Assembly: GCA_964612845.1 (NCBI GenBank)
Contig: CAZTEO010000002.1
Location: 1,690 to 65,689 of the forward strand
Source: an uncultured Anaerolineales bacterium
GTDB lineage: Bacteria; Chloroflexota; Anaerolineae; B4-G1; SLSP01
Length of the DNA stretch: 64,000 bases
Direction: 5' to 3'
Shown: positions 9,029 to 18,617 of the stretch, piece after piece
Layout: the number at the start of each line of letters is the position of its first letter
How positions within the stretch are numbered: the first letter of the stretch is position 1
Translations under genes and position numbers: made by a program
The notes under the pieces: model-generated
Database searches by the model: none
Told to the model about the DNA's origin: nothing
Seen by the model: only the letters and a program-made list of their open reading frames with translations

Positions 9029-10879
9029 CTATCCAAAGCCGCCGCCACCTCCGCCGCTGCCACCACCTCCGCCACCTCCGCCACCGCTAAATCCACCGCT
9101 GCTGGAACTCGAGGGTGAACTCTTGAAGGTGCTTGCCGTGCTGTTCAGCATCGTCATCAGACCGTCGGACATGCTCTGCAGCCCACCGACCATGCTGTCG
9201 CTGGCGTCTTGGAGCGACGGCGTGGATGCGCGCCCCATCTCGGTTGGGGAGGCCATGCCCCGACGTGTTCTATTGCTGGGCGCATAGTACGGACGGTACC
9301 ACATGGGCATGGGGACTGGGGTAGATCGCGGCATCTGTTGGGTGAACTTCCGCACCCAGCTCTTTTCCAGGCCGAACGCGATAGCGTAGGGGAGGTACTT
9401 CTCAAAGAGGTCTGTGGCCTCCTGCAGATCCGTGTACCGTTCCAAATCCCGCACATAACGTTTGAAGGCCTCCCATTTGAGAGCTGCCTCTTTGCCCTCG
9501 CGTGTCTTTGCGGGCATGAACTGCGCGACAATGATACCCACGATGCCCACGATGCCCAACGCGATGCCCGGCAGCACGGGGACGTTGGTATATGTCGAAA
9601 GCACACAGCTCAAGCTGATCCAGGCGAGCGCGCCCATGACGATCAGGCCGATGCCCAGCGCCGTGTATCGCCCGCGCACCGCTTGGGGACCGGCACTGAA
9701 GTAGCCTCGTTCAACCACCTCTTTATACAGACCTTTGTGGATTTTGGGGAGGTACTTGTAGAACTTCTCCTTCAGATCTTCAAGATCTCGGCTGGAGCGT
9801 GTGCCAAACACGTAACGGATGAGATCTCGTTCGTAAGGGAGCAAATCGTTGGGCGCCTTGTCCGTGCGCTTGAAGGTGAACTCGCGATTTGTACTGCCCA
9901 GGAATCCTTTGAGTTGTTTTTCTTCAAAGATAAGATAGCCGCGCCGAGCCAGGTCGACCAATGTGGCGATGACGTCTTCCATGTCGGTTCTCTCGTCTAC
10001 CAACGTACCGGCGATACCCGGCGGGTCATCTGTGGGGGGCGTGGAGAGAATGTCTGCCGGAATTGCAATGTCGGGATCACGCCCCTTTAGATACCAGAGC
10101 AGGAGCAGCGCCCCGATCCCACCGATCATCAGCAGAAGGCTGACCACGACCATGAGGAGGTCTATAACGGGCTTGAGGTCTTCTCCCCGCTGCCAGGCAG
10201 CCGGCGATCCGGCAACGATGCCAGAGGGGAACTGAGCCCGCACCTCAAACTCCTGCCCACTGGGGATAGGCTCCAGGGCTTCGAAGGTCACCATTGACGT
10301 GCCTTCGCCCGTAATCCGCGCGTCGGTGAAGTAGGCTTCGACAGGTCTGGCTTCGGCTCCCTCCGGGAGGTTGACCGTGACCGTTGAATTCTCAACGCGC
10401 GCGATCAGGTCTTCAGGGATGGCTTTCCACCAGAGCTGGTCACCGTCATCGTAGTAGCGCAGAGCGCCGTGGACACGGTAGCGCACGATGAACGTGATGC
10501 GCCCTTCCGTTGGGGGGAAATACCAGCGTATGTAGAAATCGCCGTCTTCCATGTCGGTCTCAAAGGTCCTGGCATTCTCAAGTGAGGACTCTTCAAAAGC
10601 GTTTCTTGCTTCATCGTACACCTGGACGTCGGTAATCTCTTTGATCCGAGACATATCGATGTTGCGGTAAACGTAGGTGAAGGTTCCCCCAGAGAATGAG
10701 AGGGTCTGGGTCTCCTCAACCCAGAAAGTGCCATCCCGATTCACGGTAATATCAACGTTGAACGCTTCCCAGTAGCCGCTTCTGCCTTGTTGCTCAGGCT
10801 TGGCATAGGCCAGTCCGGTCGTGAGCAAACTCAGAATCAGCAGCATCACGGCGACTTTTAGATTTGACCAGCGTCGCAT
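9029..10879 (-). CDS. DUF2207-like membrane protein with a Gly/Ser-rich C-terminal tail
   Basis: Start moved to ATG 10879 (AAGGAG upstream). Signal peptide MRRWSNLKVAVMLLILSLLTTGLAYA, a large ectodomain, several TM helices, and the tail SSSSSGGFSGGGGGGGGGSGGGGGGFG. Confidence 0.65.
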   Translation of the reverse strand: MRRWSNLKVAVMLLILSLLTTGLAYAKPEQQGRSGYWEAFNVDITVNRDGTFWVEETQTLSFSGGTFTYVYRNIDMSRIKEITDVQVYDEARNAFEESSLENARTFETDMEDGDFYIRWYFPPTEGRITFIVRYRVHGALRYYDDGDQLWWKAIPEDLIARVENSTVTVNLPEGAEARPVEAYFTDARITGEGTSMVTFEALEPIPSGQEFEVRAQFPSGIVAGSPAAWQRGEDLKPVIDLLMVVVSLLLMIGGIGALLLLWYLKGRDPDIAIPADILSTPPTDDPPGIAGTLVDERTDMEDVIATLVDLARRGYLIFEEKQLKGFLGSTNREFTFKRTDKAPNDLLPYERDLIRYVFGTRSSRDLEDLKEKFYKYLPKIHKGLYKEVVERGYFSAGPQAVRGRYTALGIGLIVMGALAWISLSCVLSTYTNVPVLPGIALGIVGIVGIIVAQFMPAKTREGKEAALKWEAFKRYVRDLERYTDLQEATDLFEKYLPYAIAFGLEKSWVRKFTQQMPRSTPVPMPMWYRPYYAPSNRTRRGMASPTEMGRASTPSLQDASDSMVGGLQSMSDGLMTMLNSTASTFKSSPSSSSSGGFSGGGGGGGGGSGGGGGGFG

Positions 10880-11064
10880 AAAGTTGGCTCCTTTTTGTGA
10901 ACGGCTCTGTCTATTGGATAGCAACAGATTTATATGGTTGTACTTCCTACAATAGAACACACGTGTACGCCAAGTTAGCGTTATCTTTTCGCACCTTGAT
11001 TTTAATTGTAGCATAGTTCTTGGGGAACGCTTTTTCCAATTTCAATGCGACACAAAACATCTGA

Positions 11065-11092
11065 TTGCACGTTTTAAGATTCATGCTACACT
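11065..11092 (+). promoter_or_regulatory. promoter-like TTGCAC-16-TACACT placed 6 nt before ATG 11099 (possible leaderless mRNA)
   Basis: TTGCAC 11065-11070, TACACT 11087-11092. No Shine-Dalgarno sequence between the -10 element and the ATG. Confidence 0.35.
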
Positions 11093-11098
11093 GTTTGT

Positions 11099-12163
11099 AT
11101 GAATTTACTCTCATTACCCAGCCGGATGCAAGACTTAAATTCCTTATTGCGTGGTTTAGACTGGCACGCGGTGGAGCAGGAAGTCGATCAGGAACTTCAA
11201 ACTCGCCTCGCTATCGTTGGTCCGGTCAACAGTGGGAAGTCAACGCTTTTCAATTATCTTCAGGGACGCAAACTATCCGCGACCGGTGCGGTTCCCGGTA
11301 CGACCCAGGGAGTTGTTGAGCATCCGTTGGGTCCACTCTACCTCGTGGATACCCCCGGTTTTGGAGAGGTCTGGGGCGTTGACCGGGCGACTATCGCGCA
11401 GCAGGCGGCCCAAAAGGCTGACGTGATTGTCCTGTTGCTGGACGCGGTCGCCGGTGTGCGTCAGAGTGATCAGGAGCTCTGGGAGGACCTGCACGCGCTG
11501 CGCCGCCCGGTCATTGTCGCGCTCAATAAAATCGATCTGGTCAAGAAAGAGTTGCCCTGGGTGTTGGAAAATGCAGAACAGGTGCTGGGCTTGCGTCCTA
11601 TTCCCATCTCGGCGCGCAGCGGCAAAGGCGTGACGGACCAATTGCTGCCGGCCATTGTGAACGCGTACCCTGCTCTTGGCGTTGCGCTGGCGCGCGCGCT
11701 GCCAGCCGTGCGCACACAGATGACCAAGCGCATCATCCGGCGCACGTCCTGGTTCAATGCCCTGGTCGCGCTTCAGCCCGTGCCTGGGTTGGATATCCCT
11801 ATCTTGCTGGCTTCCCAGACGCGACTCGTGCTGCGCACCGCTGCTATCTATGGCGAGTCCATGTCTGCTTCCCACGCCCGTGAGCTGCTGACCACGATGG
11901 CTGGCAGTCTGCTCTCCCGTTATCTGGGCATTGAGCTGGCGAAACTTGTGCCTGGTCCCGGTTGGCTAGTCTCGGCTGCTATCTCAGGCATCTCGACGTG
12001 GGCTATTGGTGAGGCGGTACGGCGTTACTTTGAGACTGAGCGTACTATTCAGCCGCCGGACTTGCGTTCTCTCTACCAGAACATGCGCAAGCTCGCTCCC
12101 CATCGCCTCTTGAAACGCAGACAGGGACAGATGAAGAAAGAGGACGTGTCAACCGAGACATAA
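11099..12163 (+). CDS. GTP-binding protein with a C-terminal DUF697-like membrane-associated domain
   Basis: G1 GPVNSGKST, G3 DTPGFG, G4 NKIDL. The C-terminal half is hydrophobic and helical. Confidence 0.65.
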   Translation: MNLLSLPSRMQDLNSLLRGLDWHAVEQEVDQELQTRLAIVGPVNSGKSTLFNYLQGRKLSATGAVPGTTQGVVEHPLGPLYLVDTPGFGEVWGVDRATIAQQAAQKADVIVLLLDAVAGVRQSDQELWEDLHALRRPVIVALNKIDLVKKELPWVLENAEQVLGLRPIPISARSGKGVTDQLLPAIVNAYPALGVALARALPAVRTQMTKRIIRRTSWFNALVALQPVPGLDIPILLASQTRLVLRTAAIYGESMSASHARELLTTMAGSLLSRYLGIELAKLVPGPGWLVSAAISGISTWAIGEAVRRYFETERTIQPPDLRSLYQNMRKLAPHRLLKRRQGQMKKEDVSTET

Positions 12164-12187
12164 CGTAAGGCATTTGGAGGATTGGCA

Positions 12188-12895
12188 GTGAGCGCCGACA
12201 TCGAATCCTTCATCGAGAGAGCACCAGATGAGCGGGAGATTCTCGCTAAAGAGCGGGCGAGAACCTGGGTCTACGTGGCGCTCGCCGCGCTGGTCAGTCT
12301 TTTCGTTGGCGCCGCCATTGGATATTATGGACAGCAGCCCGCCGCCCGCACCGATGCTGTTCAACTAGGTCCGCCGCCTGGCTGGGCGCAGGCATGTGCA
12401 GCCCCTCCATCGGAAGATGTGTCAGGTCCAACGGGAACTCCCGCGCCGCTCAGCGTCTACGTCAGCGGTGCTGTACAGGAATCGCAGGTGGTCACCCTGC
12501 CGGTCGGCAGTCTCGTGGCGGATGCATTGGATGCTGCGGGCGGCCCTGCTCCTAACGCTGACTTGAGTGCTATCAACCTGGCGGCGCCCGTCGCCAATCA
12601 CCAACAGATTCTCATCCCCAGCCAGGCCCAATCTCCTGAGCCTGAAACGAAGGGACCCGAACCAGAGGACGTACCTTCAACCGAGACGCCGGATACCCTC
12701 GACCTCAATCGCGCAACCGCCGAGGAGTTGCAGACACTGCCCGGCATCGGCGCCTCTCGCGCTCAGGACATCATTGCGTATCGCGACTCCAACGGGCCTT
12801 TCCAGCGTATCGAGGAGATTCAGGAAGTCAGCGGTATTGGCGAAGGCATTTTTGCTCAGATTGAGCCGTATATTACCGTCGGTACCGGTGAGTAA
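12188..12895 (+). CDS. comEA: ComEA family DNA-binding protein (TM anchor, SLBB-like domain, helix-hairpin-helix pair)
   Basis: LDLNRATAEELQTLPGIGASRAQDIIAYRDSNGPFQRIEEIQEVSGIGEGIF is the ComEA HhH signature. GTG 12188 is preferred over TTG 12182 because of its spacing to GGAGGA. Confidence 0.8.
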   Translation: MSADIESFIERAPDEREILAKERARTWVYVALAALVSLFVGAAIGYYGQQPAARTDAVQLGPPPGWAQACAAPPSEDVSGPTGTPAPLSVYVSGAVQESQVVTLPVGSLVADALDAAGGPAPNADLSAINLAAPVANHQQILIPSQAQSPEPETKGPEPEDVPSTETPDTLDLNRATAEELQTLPGIGASRAQDIIAYRDSNGPFQRIEEIQEVSGIGEGIFAQIEPYITVGTGE

Positions 12896-13001
12896 CTGAC
12901 CAGCTGCACGGTACCTTGTGCTCTCCCAGCCCTCTCCCCTCCGTGGTTTCTGTCTGCCTCGGTATTTGCCTAAACCTCGATCTTGGGTCATACTAGACGC
13001 T

Positions 13002-15425
13002 ATGAATATCCTGACCTTGATAACATGGTATCTGACACTCCAACTCTTTGCTGTGGCGGGCGCGCCTTTGGCCTTTGCCTGGCTACGCGCGCTCCCTTCG
13101 CGGGGCTATGCGGCGGCTAAGGCTCTGGGGTTGCTGCTGAGCGGTGTGTTGTTCTGGTGGGGGGGCATCATCCATATCTGGCCAAATACAGCCAGTGGTG
13201 CCCTGTTCGCGGCCCTGCTTATCCTTGCCGTTGGACTCTGGCGTATGCGTCGATGTTGGGGAGAGGTTGCTGCCTGGTGGCGTGAGCACTGGAAATTTGT
13301 CGTCGTCGTTGAGGTGCTCTTTCTGATGGCGTTTGTGCTCTGGGCTGCTGTACGTGCGACTCAGCCGCAACTCGCCACAGCCGGCGGGGAAAAGTGGATG
13401 GAGATAGCTTTCCTCAATGCACTCCAGCGCTCGCCCTCTATGCCGCCCCACGATCCCTGGCTTTCCGGCTTTGCCATCTCTTATTACTATCTTGGTTACC
13501 ACCTCCTCTCCATGCTGACGAGTTTGGCGTCCGTCCCGGCGACCGTTGCGTTTACCCTGGGTAACGCTGCTTGGTTCGCGCTGGCTGCTGTTGTAGCCTA
13601 TGGTATTGTTTACGATCTGCTTGAGGGACGACAGCCCTTGGGCCCGCTGTTGGCGCCTCTGTTGTTGCTGGTCACCGGCAATGCGACCGGTTTCCTGCAG
13701 ATCCTTCACGCGCGTGGTCTGCTCTCCCCGGCATTCTGGCGCTGGCTGGATATCCGGGGCATCAACAGTGCGCCACCTTCACCCGGTAGATGGCTTATGC
13801 CAGATCAATTTGACTGGTGGCGTGCCTCGCGTACGCTGCACGACTACGCACCCATCAGCACTGCAACCAATCCCGTAAGTCAGGAAGTGATTGATGAGTT
13901 TCCCGCTTTCAGCTTTATCCTGGGGGATATGCATCCGCATTTACTGGCTCTGCCGTTTGTCCTGCTGGCTGTTGCACTGGCGCTCAATTTGTGGCGCCGC
14001 CGGGAGGACGTTTTCAGCACGTGGCGGGCGCAGGCATCGCCTGCCCGGCGTTGGCTTGCTCGACCGCGCCCCTGGTTCGCCTACGCGCTGATCCTGGGGG
14101 CTCTTGGTTTCCTCAATACCTGGGACTTTCCCATCTACTGGGCTCTGATCGTCGGCGTGTTGGTCCTTAAGCGACATCGCGCTGCAAAGCCGCTGGCTGA
14201 GACGGTCTGGGAGAGTCTGCCGGATGCTGTGGGGCTGGGACTACTCAGCATCCTGGTGTATTTTCCTTTCTGGGTCGGACTGCGCTCTCAGGCTGGGGGC
14301 CTGTTGCCTAATCTGTTCAATGCGACCCATCCTGCGCAGTTTGCCGTGATGTTTGCTCCCTTTGTCGTCCCGGTGACGGGAGTGGCTCTGGCTGCGGCAC
14401 GCAAGGCAGATCTGAAAGGGCTGACTATTCTGGGTTGGAGTGCGGGTATCATCGTGGGCGTTGCCTTGTTGGTACTGATTGCCGGCGCCATCGTCGGATC
14501 GCCCTACCTTCAGTCAATCCTCCGTGGTGAGCCGATCATGGGATATGATGTCGAGATGGACGTCGTTATCGATGCGCTGCTCCAACGGTTGTTCCGTCCG
14601 TGGACTGCGCTGGCGCTGATGGTCGGTGTTGTCGCGCTGCTGCTGGCGCTCCTTAACCACGTGGAGCGTTTTGAGGAGGCGTCCTTGACCTTTCCTGCGC
14701 TACTTGTGCTTCTGGGGTTAGGGCTTACGCTGGCCCCGGAATTTATTTTCCTCAAGGATATTTTCAATACGCGGATGAATACGATCTTCAAGTTCTACTT
14801 CCAAGCGTGGGTGCTCTGGAGTCTGGCGAGCGCGTGGTGGCTTCTGAAACCTTCTCCGGCTCATATGCCTGTGAAGATGGGGGCGCAGGTACTGACTGTT
14901 CTCCTCATCGCGGTGGGGCTTGTTTATCCGACCTACGCGATCCCTTCGCGGGCCGCACAGAATCGCGCGCTATACGGTGAGAGCGGTGCGGGGACGCTGG
15001 ACGGTGCGGCCTGGCTTGCGGAACGTCATGCAGAGGACTATCGTGCCATCCAGTGGCTCAACGCGCACGTTGCCGGCAGGCCTGTCATCGTTGAGACGCC
15101 CGGCGATCAGCATAAGGCCTATGTTTACGAGGGCCGTGTCTCCGCGCTCACAGGACTGCCGACAGTGCTCGGTTGGGCAGGCCATGAACGTCAATGGCGC
15201 GGCACCTACGCTGAACAGGCGCGTCGGGAACAGGACTTGGAGCGTCTCTTCACCACCACTGATCCCGTGGAAACCGAGATGCTGTTAGAGCGGTATGACG
15301 TTACTTACGTCTACATCGGGCCAACGGAGCGAACGCGTTATCCGGCAGCGGGATTGGAGAAATTTGGTGTTCTGTACCCGGTGGCTTATAAGAACGACGG
15401 GGTCGTTGTCTACCGGGTTCGATGA
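13002..15425 (+). CDS. Chlor_Arch_YYY / DUF2298 polytopic membrane protein
   Basis: About 800 aa and highly hydrophobic. Contains the family-defining YYYxG motif (AISYYYLGYHLL). Start set to ATG 13002 (MNILTLITWYL). Confidence 0.8.
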   Translation: MNILTLITWYLTLQLFAVAGAPLAFAWLRALPSRGYAAAKALGLLLSGVLFWWGGIIHIWPNTASGALFAALLILAVGLWRMRRCWGEVAAWWREHWKFVVVVEVLFLMAFVLWAAVRATQPQLATAGGEKWMEIAFLNALQRSPSMPPHDPWLSGFAISYYYLGYHLLSMLTSLASVPATVAFTLGNAAWFALAAVVAYGIVYDLLEGRQPLGPLLAPLLLLVTGNATGFLQILHARGLLSPAFWRWLDIRGINSAPPSPGRWLMPDQFDWWRASRTLHDYAPISTATNPVSQEVIDEFPAFSFILGDMHPHLLALPFVLLAVALALNLWRRREDVFSTWRAQASPARRWLARPRPWFAYALILGALGFLNTWDFPIYWALIVGVLVLKRHRAAKPLAETVWESLPDAVGLGLLSILVYFPFWVGLRSQAGGLLPNLFNATHPAQFAVMFAPFVVPVTGVALAAARKADLKGLTILGWSAGIIVGVALLVLIAGAIVGSPYLQSILRGEPIMGYDVEMDVVIDALLQRLFRPWTALALMVGVVALLLALLNHVERFEEASLTFPALLVLLGLGLTLAPEFIFLKDIFNTRMNTIFKFYFQAWVLWSLASAWWLLKPSPAHMPVKMGAQVLTVLLIAVGLVYPTYAIPSRAAQNRALYGESGAGTLDGAAWLAERHAEDYRAIQWLNAHVAGRPVIVETPGDQHKAYVYEGRVSALTGLPTVLGWAGHERQWRGTYAEQARREQDLERLFTTTDPVETEMLLERYDVTYVYIGPTERTRYPAAGLEKFGVLYPVAYKNDGVVVYRVR

Positions 15426-15453
15426 GCGGGGCCAGGAGTACGGAGGATAATGC

Positions 15454-17175
15454 ATGGGAAGTGAGTACGTGAGATCTGGACAGCGACCGTCAGGTTCAAA
15501 GCGAGAGTTGGCAGCGCTGTGGATCGCATTGATCATCATTGCGTTGGTGCTTCGCCTTACACAGTTGAATCTACAGCCGTTGAGCCCCGAAGAAGCCAGC
15601 ATCGCCCTGCCGTCTTTGGATGCTATTCGTGGGAGCGGTTGGCCCATAACCACTGAAAGTCCCTTCTTGCTTATGGGGAACGCGCTGCTCTTTCTCCTGC
15701 TTGGCTCAAGCCATACGATAGCCAGACTTCTGCCGGCTTTGTTCGGGGTGGTGTTGGTTTCGCTACCCTGGTTTTGGCGTCACCGCCTGGGTGAGAGAGA
15801 AGCACTTGTCGCCGCTGCGCTGCTGACGTTCTCACCGGTGGCGCTCTTTGCCGCTCGGCATTTGGATGCGTCGGTCATCGGGGCGTTGGGCGCTGTGCTG
15901 GTGATAACCGCGCTCTCCACAGCGCAGCGTCGCCCCGCGCTTGTACTTGGCGTGGGTCTGGCGTTGGGCTTGACCAGTGGTCCCGTTTTCTATGATACGC
16001 TGCTGCCAGGGCTGGCTGCCTGGGGGCTGACGCTGCGATTTTTCTCGGACCCACCACGGTTGGAGCGCAACCAACTCCTGCGCGGCACGCTGATGGGGCT
16101 TGGCGGCGCGGCGTTGATCTCTGTGGGCTTCGGCCTACGCTGGAGCGGTTGGGCCGGTCCGGCGGCGGGTTTCGCTGCCTGGCTTCAGGGCTGGTGGTCG
16201 GCGAATGGGACAGGCTCTCTCAATCTCAGCCACCTCTTACTCTACGAGCCGTTGACGCTGCTCTTGGCCGGCGTGGGGCTCTATCTTGGGGCGCGGAATC
16301 CTGACCGGCTTTCGCTGCACATGGGCACGTGGATAGTCCTGGGGGCCGCGCTGACCCTGCTCCGATCGGATACCGGGCCAGTCGCTCTCGTCGCTATCCT
16401 CTTCCCGCTGGTCTTGCTTGCCGGGAAGTCGGTGATTCTGCTGATTAGCTCTCTCAAACAGTCGTGGCACGGCTACCTTCATGCTTTTCTCGTGCTGCTT
16501 TTCTGGAGTTTTGCGGGCCTTGTACTTATTCGTCAGACTTCATACCTTCAGAGCGGTATGGAGTTCGTCTTGGTCCTCTTGGTCTTTCTAATCCAGGGCT
16601 TGTTGATTGCGGGATTTGCCACGTTGATCCGTCCGGCGTTAGCGTGGCGGAGTTTCCTGATCGGGACCAGTATCGTGCTGCTGATTCTGCAGTTTGGCTT
16701 TGCCTGGCGCGCTAACTTCAATGCTGAGGCTGCACCTCATGAGCCATTGGTGACGTCGTTGGCTTCGCGGGATTTGCATAATCTGCAGGAGACTGTCGAG
16801 ATGTTGCGTATCGCCGAGCAAATCAGCCCGGAGAATCTTGAGATCGTCTTGGTTGACGCTGATCCTGCGATCACAAACGTCGTCCGGTGGGCGCTGCGTG
16901 ATTGGCCGGGATTGCGTGTAAGCCCAACCTGGCCTGCTGCGTCGGCGAATCTCGTTATCACGCCGGCAGAGATTACACCGCCCACCGGCACGGCGACCAC
17001 GTTCCAGGGCATGGCTTTCACTGCTGCTCTTCAGGCCGACGATCTCGTCCCGAATTGCACACAGTTGCTGCCTCCGATCTGTCCAGGCGCTATCAATTGG
17101 TATCTTTACCGGAAGTCGCCGGTGCCAGTTCAGAAAGCCCGCGTTATTCTCTGGGCGACCGGTATTTCTAATTAA
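15454..17175 (+). CDS. polytopic membrane protein, probable partner of the YYY protein (TIGR03663-like / GT-C-like fold)
   Basis: GGAGG before ATG 15454 and more than 10 predicted TM helices. It sits immediately downstream of the YYY gene, as described for the TIGR03662/TIGR03663 pairing. Family membership was not verifiable here. Confidence 0.45.
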   Translation: MGSEYVRSGQRPSGSKRELAALWIALIIIALVLRLTQLNLQPLSPEEASIALPSLDAIRGSGWPITTESPFLLMGNALLFLLLGSSHTIARLLPALFGVVLVSLPWFWRHRLGEREALVAAALLTFSPVALFAARHLDASVIGALGAVLVITALSTAQRRPALVLGVGLALGLTSGPVFYDTLLPGLAAWGLTLRFFSDPPRLERNQLLRGTLMGLGGAALISVGFGLRWSGWAGPAAGFAAWLQGWWSANGTGSLNLSHLLLYEPLTLLLAGVGLYLGARNPDRLSLHMGTWIVLGAALTLLRSDTGPVALVAILFPLVLLAGKSVILLISSLKQSWHGYLHAFLVLLFWSFAGLVLIRQTSYLQSGMEFVLVLLVFLIQGLLIAGFATLIRPALAWRSFLIGTSIVLLILQFGFAWRANFNAEAAPHEPLVTSLASRDLHNLQETVEMLRIAEQISPENLEIVLVDADPAITNVVRWALRDWPGLRVSPTWPAASANLVITPAEITPPTGTATTFQGMAFTAALQADDLVPNCTQLLPPICPGAINWYLYRKSPVPVQKARVILWATGISN

Positions 17176-17259
17176 CCCTGAAACACCACTGCCCGCAGGT
17201 CTCCATCGCTTCTACGTGCGTTGTACCTAGCAAGCGATAAACTTTGCTTCTGTTTTACC

Positions 17260-17287
17260 TTGCTCTCCGGCTTAAACCCTTTATAAT
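17260..17287 (+). promoter_or_regulatory. promoter-like TTGCTC-16-TATAAT upstream of the small zinc-ribbon gene
   Basis: TTGCTC 17260-17265, TATAAT 17282-17287, GGAGG 17296-17300, ATG 17305. Confidence 0.35.
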
Positions 17288-17304
17288 GAGCCTTTGGAGG
17301 AACC

Positions 17305-17604
17305 ATGGGAGTCTATCGAAAGGCGAGCATTCGCCAATTAGTGTCAGATGCATATCAGCTAGAGGGGCGGGTTCTGCAGGGGCGCCTGCATCGCAACCCG
17401 GAGGATGGTCGGTGGATGGTAGATGACACGCCTCTCAACGAATGGTTGGCGCTTAATGCAGACGAGGATATCAGCCTGATCTTGGTACCGACTGAAAGCA
17501 AGCAAGCCATGGAGAAAAAGACGTGCCGCACCTGTGGACGTGAATACATTGGTTCGCACTGCCCCTACTGCCGTGAGGTCCGTTTCCGATTGCGAGGAAA
17601 GTGA
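17305..17604 (+). CDS. small hypothetical protein with a C-terminal CxxC...CxxC zinc ribbon
   Basis: GGAGG 5 nt upstream. Sequence CRTCGREYIGSHCPYCRE. No family recognised. Confidence 0.5.
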   Translation: MGVYRKASIRQLVSDAYQLEGRVLQGRLHRNPEDGRWMVDDTPLNEWLALNADEDISLILVPTESKQAMEKKTCRTCGREYIGSHCPYCREVRFRLRGK

Positions 17605-17610
17605 CGCTTC

Positions 17611-17917
17611 ATGGGCGTTTTGCACAAGACGAAAGTAAAGGTTTCCCCTTCAGAGATTCACGGTAAAGGGGTTTTTGCTGCGCATAGTCTGTCCCGTAGT
17701 GATCTCGTTCTAGCGCTGGATGAGTTGCGCTTTGTGGATGATCAGCCCCTACCACGCCTATGTCCCCAATGTTGTACTCCGCCAACCACAGATGTTTTCT
17801 GCTCACTCTACGGGCATTGAAGCGGGTGAGGAACTCATCTATGATCCGTGGTTCGCATCTGTCCACAGCGACAGATGGTTTGGTTTGTTGCAGGAATATC
17901 TCGACCATCGACTGTGA
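17611..17917 (+). pseudogene. SET-domain methyltransferase-like gene split by a +1 frame change (two overlapping ORFs, 17611-17820 and 17720-17917)
   Basis: Frame 1 starts VKVSPSEIHGKGVFAAHSL (SET N-terminal GxGVFA pattern). Frame 2 carries YHAYVPNV (position of NHSCxPN) and IEAGEELIYD (position of GEELxxDY). Both frames are open only between 17714 and 17820. Confidence 0.35.
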
Positions 17918-17945
17918 CCTGATAGTTAGCAGGAGGTAGATTATT

Positions 17946-18602
17946 GTGAACATTCAGGACTTTATTCAAGTCCTACGCCGCCGTGGCTGGATTGTCATTT
18001 TGGCGGTTGTGCTTACTGCGACCAGCGCATTTGTGTTCAGCAAGGCGCAGACGCCGGTTTACCGTTCCAGCATCCGTGTGGGGATTCAAGGCCGCACGGA
18101 TTGGGGCGCTGCTCAGACAGTCAAGATACTGTTGGATTCTTACGTTGCGTTTATGTATCGCCGACCCGTGGCCCAGGAAGTGATCGATCGGCTAGGCCTG
18201 ATACGGACCCCGGAGGATCTAAAAGGCGACGTGACGATCGCATCGGACACGCAGGATCTGACGATCCAGATTGATGTCGATGATTACGATGGTGAGCAGG
18301 CCAACCGCATTGCAAAAGCGTGGGCTGAGGAGCTCGTCCAGTGGCGTGATCAGGAGAACCGACTGCAGATGAAGACAGATCGGGTCTTTGCAACCATCCT
18401 TGAAGAGCCGCAATATCGGCTCCTACGCCCCAAGACGATGATTAACATGGCGGCGGGAGGGATTTTCGGCCTGCTGATTGGGGCTGCTGTCGTCATTGGG
18501 TTGGAATGGCTGGACGCCGGTCTGATTCGAGAAGCTGGTGAGATCGAGCACAAAGTTGGATTGACCGTCATCGGCGTCGTTCCGCCGGTGACAAGACACT
18601 AG
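17946..18602 (+). CDS. Wzz/CapA-type polysaccharide chain-length determinant (PCP-2b) membrane protein
   Basis: AGGAGG before GTG 17946. N-terminal TM WIVILAVVLTATSAFVF, PVYRSS motif region, periplasmic coiled segment, second TM GGIFGLLIGAAVVIGL. Followed by a BY-kinase-like gene. Confidence 0.7.
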   Translation: MNIQDFIQVLRRRGWIVILAVVLTATSAFVFSKAQTPVYRSSIRVGIQGRTDWGAAQTVKILLDSYVAFMYRRPVAQEVIDRLGLIRTPEDLKGDVTIASDTQDLTIQIDVDDYDGEQANRIAKAWAEELVQWRDQENRLQMKTDRVFATILEEPQYRLLRPKTMINMAAGGIFGLLIGAAVVIGLEWLDAGLIREAGEIEHKVGLTVIGVVPPVTRH

Positions 18603-18617
18603 CCGTAAGGAGCTTAT

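Noticed and set aside
12918-13001. N-terminal extension of the YYY protein (track start 12918)
   Set aside because: The extension is non-hydrophobic and begins 23 nt after comEA. ATG 13002 starts directly with the first TM helix.
17609-17953. 114-aa minus-strand ORF opposite the SET-like region
   Set aside because: It has no RBS or motif and overlaps the start of the Wzz-like gene. The plus-strand frames carry SET-type motifs, which explains the open antisense frame.
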